Below the pieces are notes generated by a model. The model was not told the DNA's origin. It did not search any database and saw nothing but the letters and a program-made list of their open reading frames with translations. DNA of 46,667 nucleotides, taken from positions 1 to 46,667 of the IMG/VR virus record IMGVR_UViG_3300039916_000024; one strand, given 5' to 3'. Shown in pieces: positions 44,835 to 46,667 of this stretch. How positions within the stretch are numbered: position 1 is the first letter of the stretch; the number at the start of each line of letters is the position of its first letter. This stretch comes from a virus. Taxonomy: Duplodnaviria; Caudoviricetes. A program made the position numbers and the translations under genes.

Positions 44835-46667
44835 ATGCCGGCGCGCATCGACGACCTGCTGGTCCTTAACGCCAACCTCAACAAGACCGACTTCGCGAAG
44901 TACCTGCGCGACCGCGAGGCCGTGCTGCCGACCGATTTCGGGGGCCTCGGCGATGGCGTGGCCAATGATCGCAGCGCCATCCAGTCTTGCTTTGACCGGG
45001 CGGCGGCGGACCAGAAATTCGCCGTCATCCCGCCCGGCACCTGGAACGTGGGCAGCGGCGTCACGCTGGGCGGAGGCGCCCGCGGGCTGATCATGCGCGG
45101 CGTCATTCGCTACACCGGAGCGGCCAATGCGCCAGCCACCGTGCTGACGCTGGGTGATGGCGGCACCACCCGCAACGGCGAGAAGCTCTATGCGGGGCTG
45201 CAGGTGGTGCGGCAGACGCAATCCGACTGGGCCTCGGAGGCGGATATCGGGATCCTGGTCCGCAACATCGACGCCTCGGTCGTCGATCTGCGCCTGGTCT
45301 CCGGCTTCACCATCGGCATGCGCACGCTGGGCGATGGCCGCGGCGTCGAGGACAGCACCTTTCATCTGCTGCGCATCCTCAACAATCGCTACGGCCTCGA
45401 CATCCGGGCCGAGACGGCGACGGCGTGGAACACCTCCGTGCGCTACTATGGCGGCCACTTCGCCCTCGCCACGGGGATCAACCCCACCATCGACCGCTAC
45501 GGCATCCGCTTCTCGCGCGGCGCGGGTGGCTACAACAACCACAACCGGCATGTCTTTGATGGCCCGAACTTCGAGCTGCGGCAGCTCGACCCGAACGTCG
45601 CGATTCCCTTCCTGAACGAGACGGACGGCACCGCCATCATCGGCCGCGCGCTGCGCATGGAGGCCTGCTCGCCTATCGTGGCACGGCATACCGGCAGTGC
45701 CACCGACTGCGAGTATGAGGTGGCCTGGGCGAACACCTATGCCGTACGGATCGACTACACCTCGACCGCGGACCGCGCCGGCAATGCGGTGATCAACCGC
45801 CACCGCGCGCCGGCCTCGCGGCTGCTGCGGGTGCTGGAGGCTGTGCCGAACCTCCGCGCCGCGGCCTTCCGGCAGAGCGGCACCGAGATCGGCGTGGAGA
45901 AGCTGGCGACGCTGGCGACCTCGACCACCGCGGCCACGACGCTGGCAGGGCTGTGCTTCAACGGACTGGACGGGATGGCCGCGACCTCGCGCGGGCTGCT
46001 GCTGGATGCCAACCGCGGCATGGCCTTCGTGGTGGATACCTCCTCGGCGAAGGAATTCGCGCTGGCGCATTGGCTGGTGGGTGGGATCGATGGCGGGCGG
46101 CTGTTCGTGCGGGCGTTCGATGGCGCGGCTAATGTGCGGGAGAACATCGCCGGCGACGTGCTGGCCTCCGGCACCACCATGCAGTGGAACAGCCCGGCTA
46201 AGGGGTGGAATGCGGGCGCCGTGATGGCGGATTCCTCGCTGAACCGTCGGCAGACGATCCGGGTGGGCGCTGGCGTGGCCTTCGCGCAGGTCGGGATCGT
46301 GGGCTTCGACGGGCAGATCGAGCTCGAGGCGCTGCGGCTGTTCGGGCTGCCGGAGGCGGCACCGGCGGTGCTCTATGCCTGCCCCTCGGTGCCGATCGGC
46401 ACCCGCAGCCTGGCGCTGGAGACCACCTGGGATCTCCCGAGCCTCACGGCCGGCGCGACGGCGAACATCGACGTGACTGTGCCTGGCGCGCGGCGTGGCG
46501 ACTTCGCCGACGCCTCGCTCGACACCAGCAGCATCGCCTTCGTGTTCGACTGCCATGTGTGGTCGAACAACAGCGTTCGCGTGACGGCGCGAAACGTCAG
46601 CGCATCGACGGTGGATCTCGCTGCGGCCGCCCTCTCAGTGCAGGTGGTGAAGCGGCGGGTGCCATGA
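44835..46667 (+). CDS. Tailspike/receptor-binding protein, pectate-lyase-like beta-helix
   Basis: DFGGLGDGVANDRSAIQ..VIPPGTW start motif; ends with ATGA coupling to a gene outside the window. Confidence 0.82.
   Translation: MPARIDDLLVLNANLNKTDFAKYLRDREAVLPTDFGGLGDGVANDRSAIQSCFDRAAADQKFAVIPPGTWNVGSGVTLGGGARGLIMRGVIRYTGAANAPATVLTLGDGGTTRNGEKLYAGLQVVRQTQSDWASEADIGILVRNIDASVVDLRLVSGFTIGMRTLGDGRGVEDSTFHLLRILNNRYGLDIRAETATAWNTSVRYYGGHFALATGINPTIDRYGIRFSRGAGGYNNHNRHVFDGPNFELRQLDPNVAIPFLNETDGTAIIGRALRMEACSPIVARHTGSATDCEYEVAWANTYAVRIDYTSTADRAGNAVINRHRAPASRLLRVLEAVPNLRAAAFRQSGTEIGVEKLATLATSTTAATTLAGLCFNGLDGMAATSRGLLLDANRGMAFVVDTSSAKEFALAHWLVGGIDGGRLFVRAFDGAANVRENIAGDVLASGTTMQWNSPAKGWNAGAVMADSSLNRRQTIRVGAGVAFAQVGIVGFDGQIELEALRLFGLPEAAPAVLYACPSVPIGTRSLALETTWDLPSLTAGATANIDVTVPGARRGDFADASLDTSSIAFVFDCHVWSNNSVRVTARNVSASTVDLAAAALSVQVVKRRVP

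Larger units (their letters stand above)
3234..46667. mobile_element. Prophage (siphovirus-like, serine integrase, lambda-like terminase/portal); left boundary approximate, right end outside the window
   Basis: Continuous integrase, regulation, replication, packaging, head and tail gene order with tightly coupled ORFs and no obvious inactivating frameshifts. att site not identified. Confidence 0.93.

Noticed and set aside
44835-46667. Diversity-generating retroelement or invertible tail-fibre system
   Set aside because: No reverse transcriptase, template/variable repeat pair or invertase seen in the window.

Overview
High-GC window dominated by an apparently intact siphovirus-type prophage of an alphaproteobacterium (host group inferred from an alpha-type GAAC-N7-GAAC SOS box). 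It runs from about 3.2 kb to beyond the right edge. Order: a flanking SNF2 helicase gene (probably first gene of a defence/restriction operon leaving the window to the left); a leftward 4-gene large serine recombinase operon; a rightward regulatory trio (418-aa unknown, Cys-cluster/winged-helix protein, ECF-like sigma factor); a recombination/replication module (Sak4-like ATPase, SSB-like, SF2 helicase, Cas4-like nuclease, primase-helicase, iteron-rich origin, RuvC-like); an antisense RHH/GNAT toxin-antitoxin pair; a lambda-like cos region; two ParB-methyltransferases; small genes behind a duplicated leader; lambda-like packaging/head genes; and a non-contractile tail with a -1 frameshift chaperone, interrupted by a SIR2-NTPase defence gene. 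Most notable: no CI/Cro repressor is visible. Instead the cis-elements suggest a three-tier activation cascade: host LexA box, then an activator pair, then three 11-bp-phased CCCAC repeats before the phage sigma gene, then two near-identical CGTGAGACGGATT-N9-CTGGGTAA promoters facing the recombinase and replication operons. Family and DUF names come from motif recognition and recall, not database searches.
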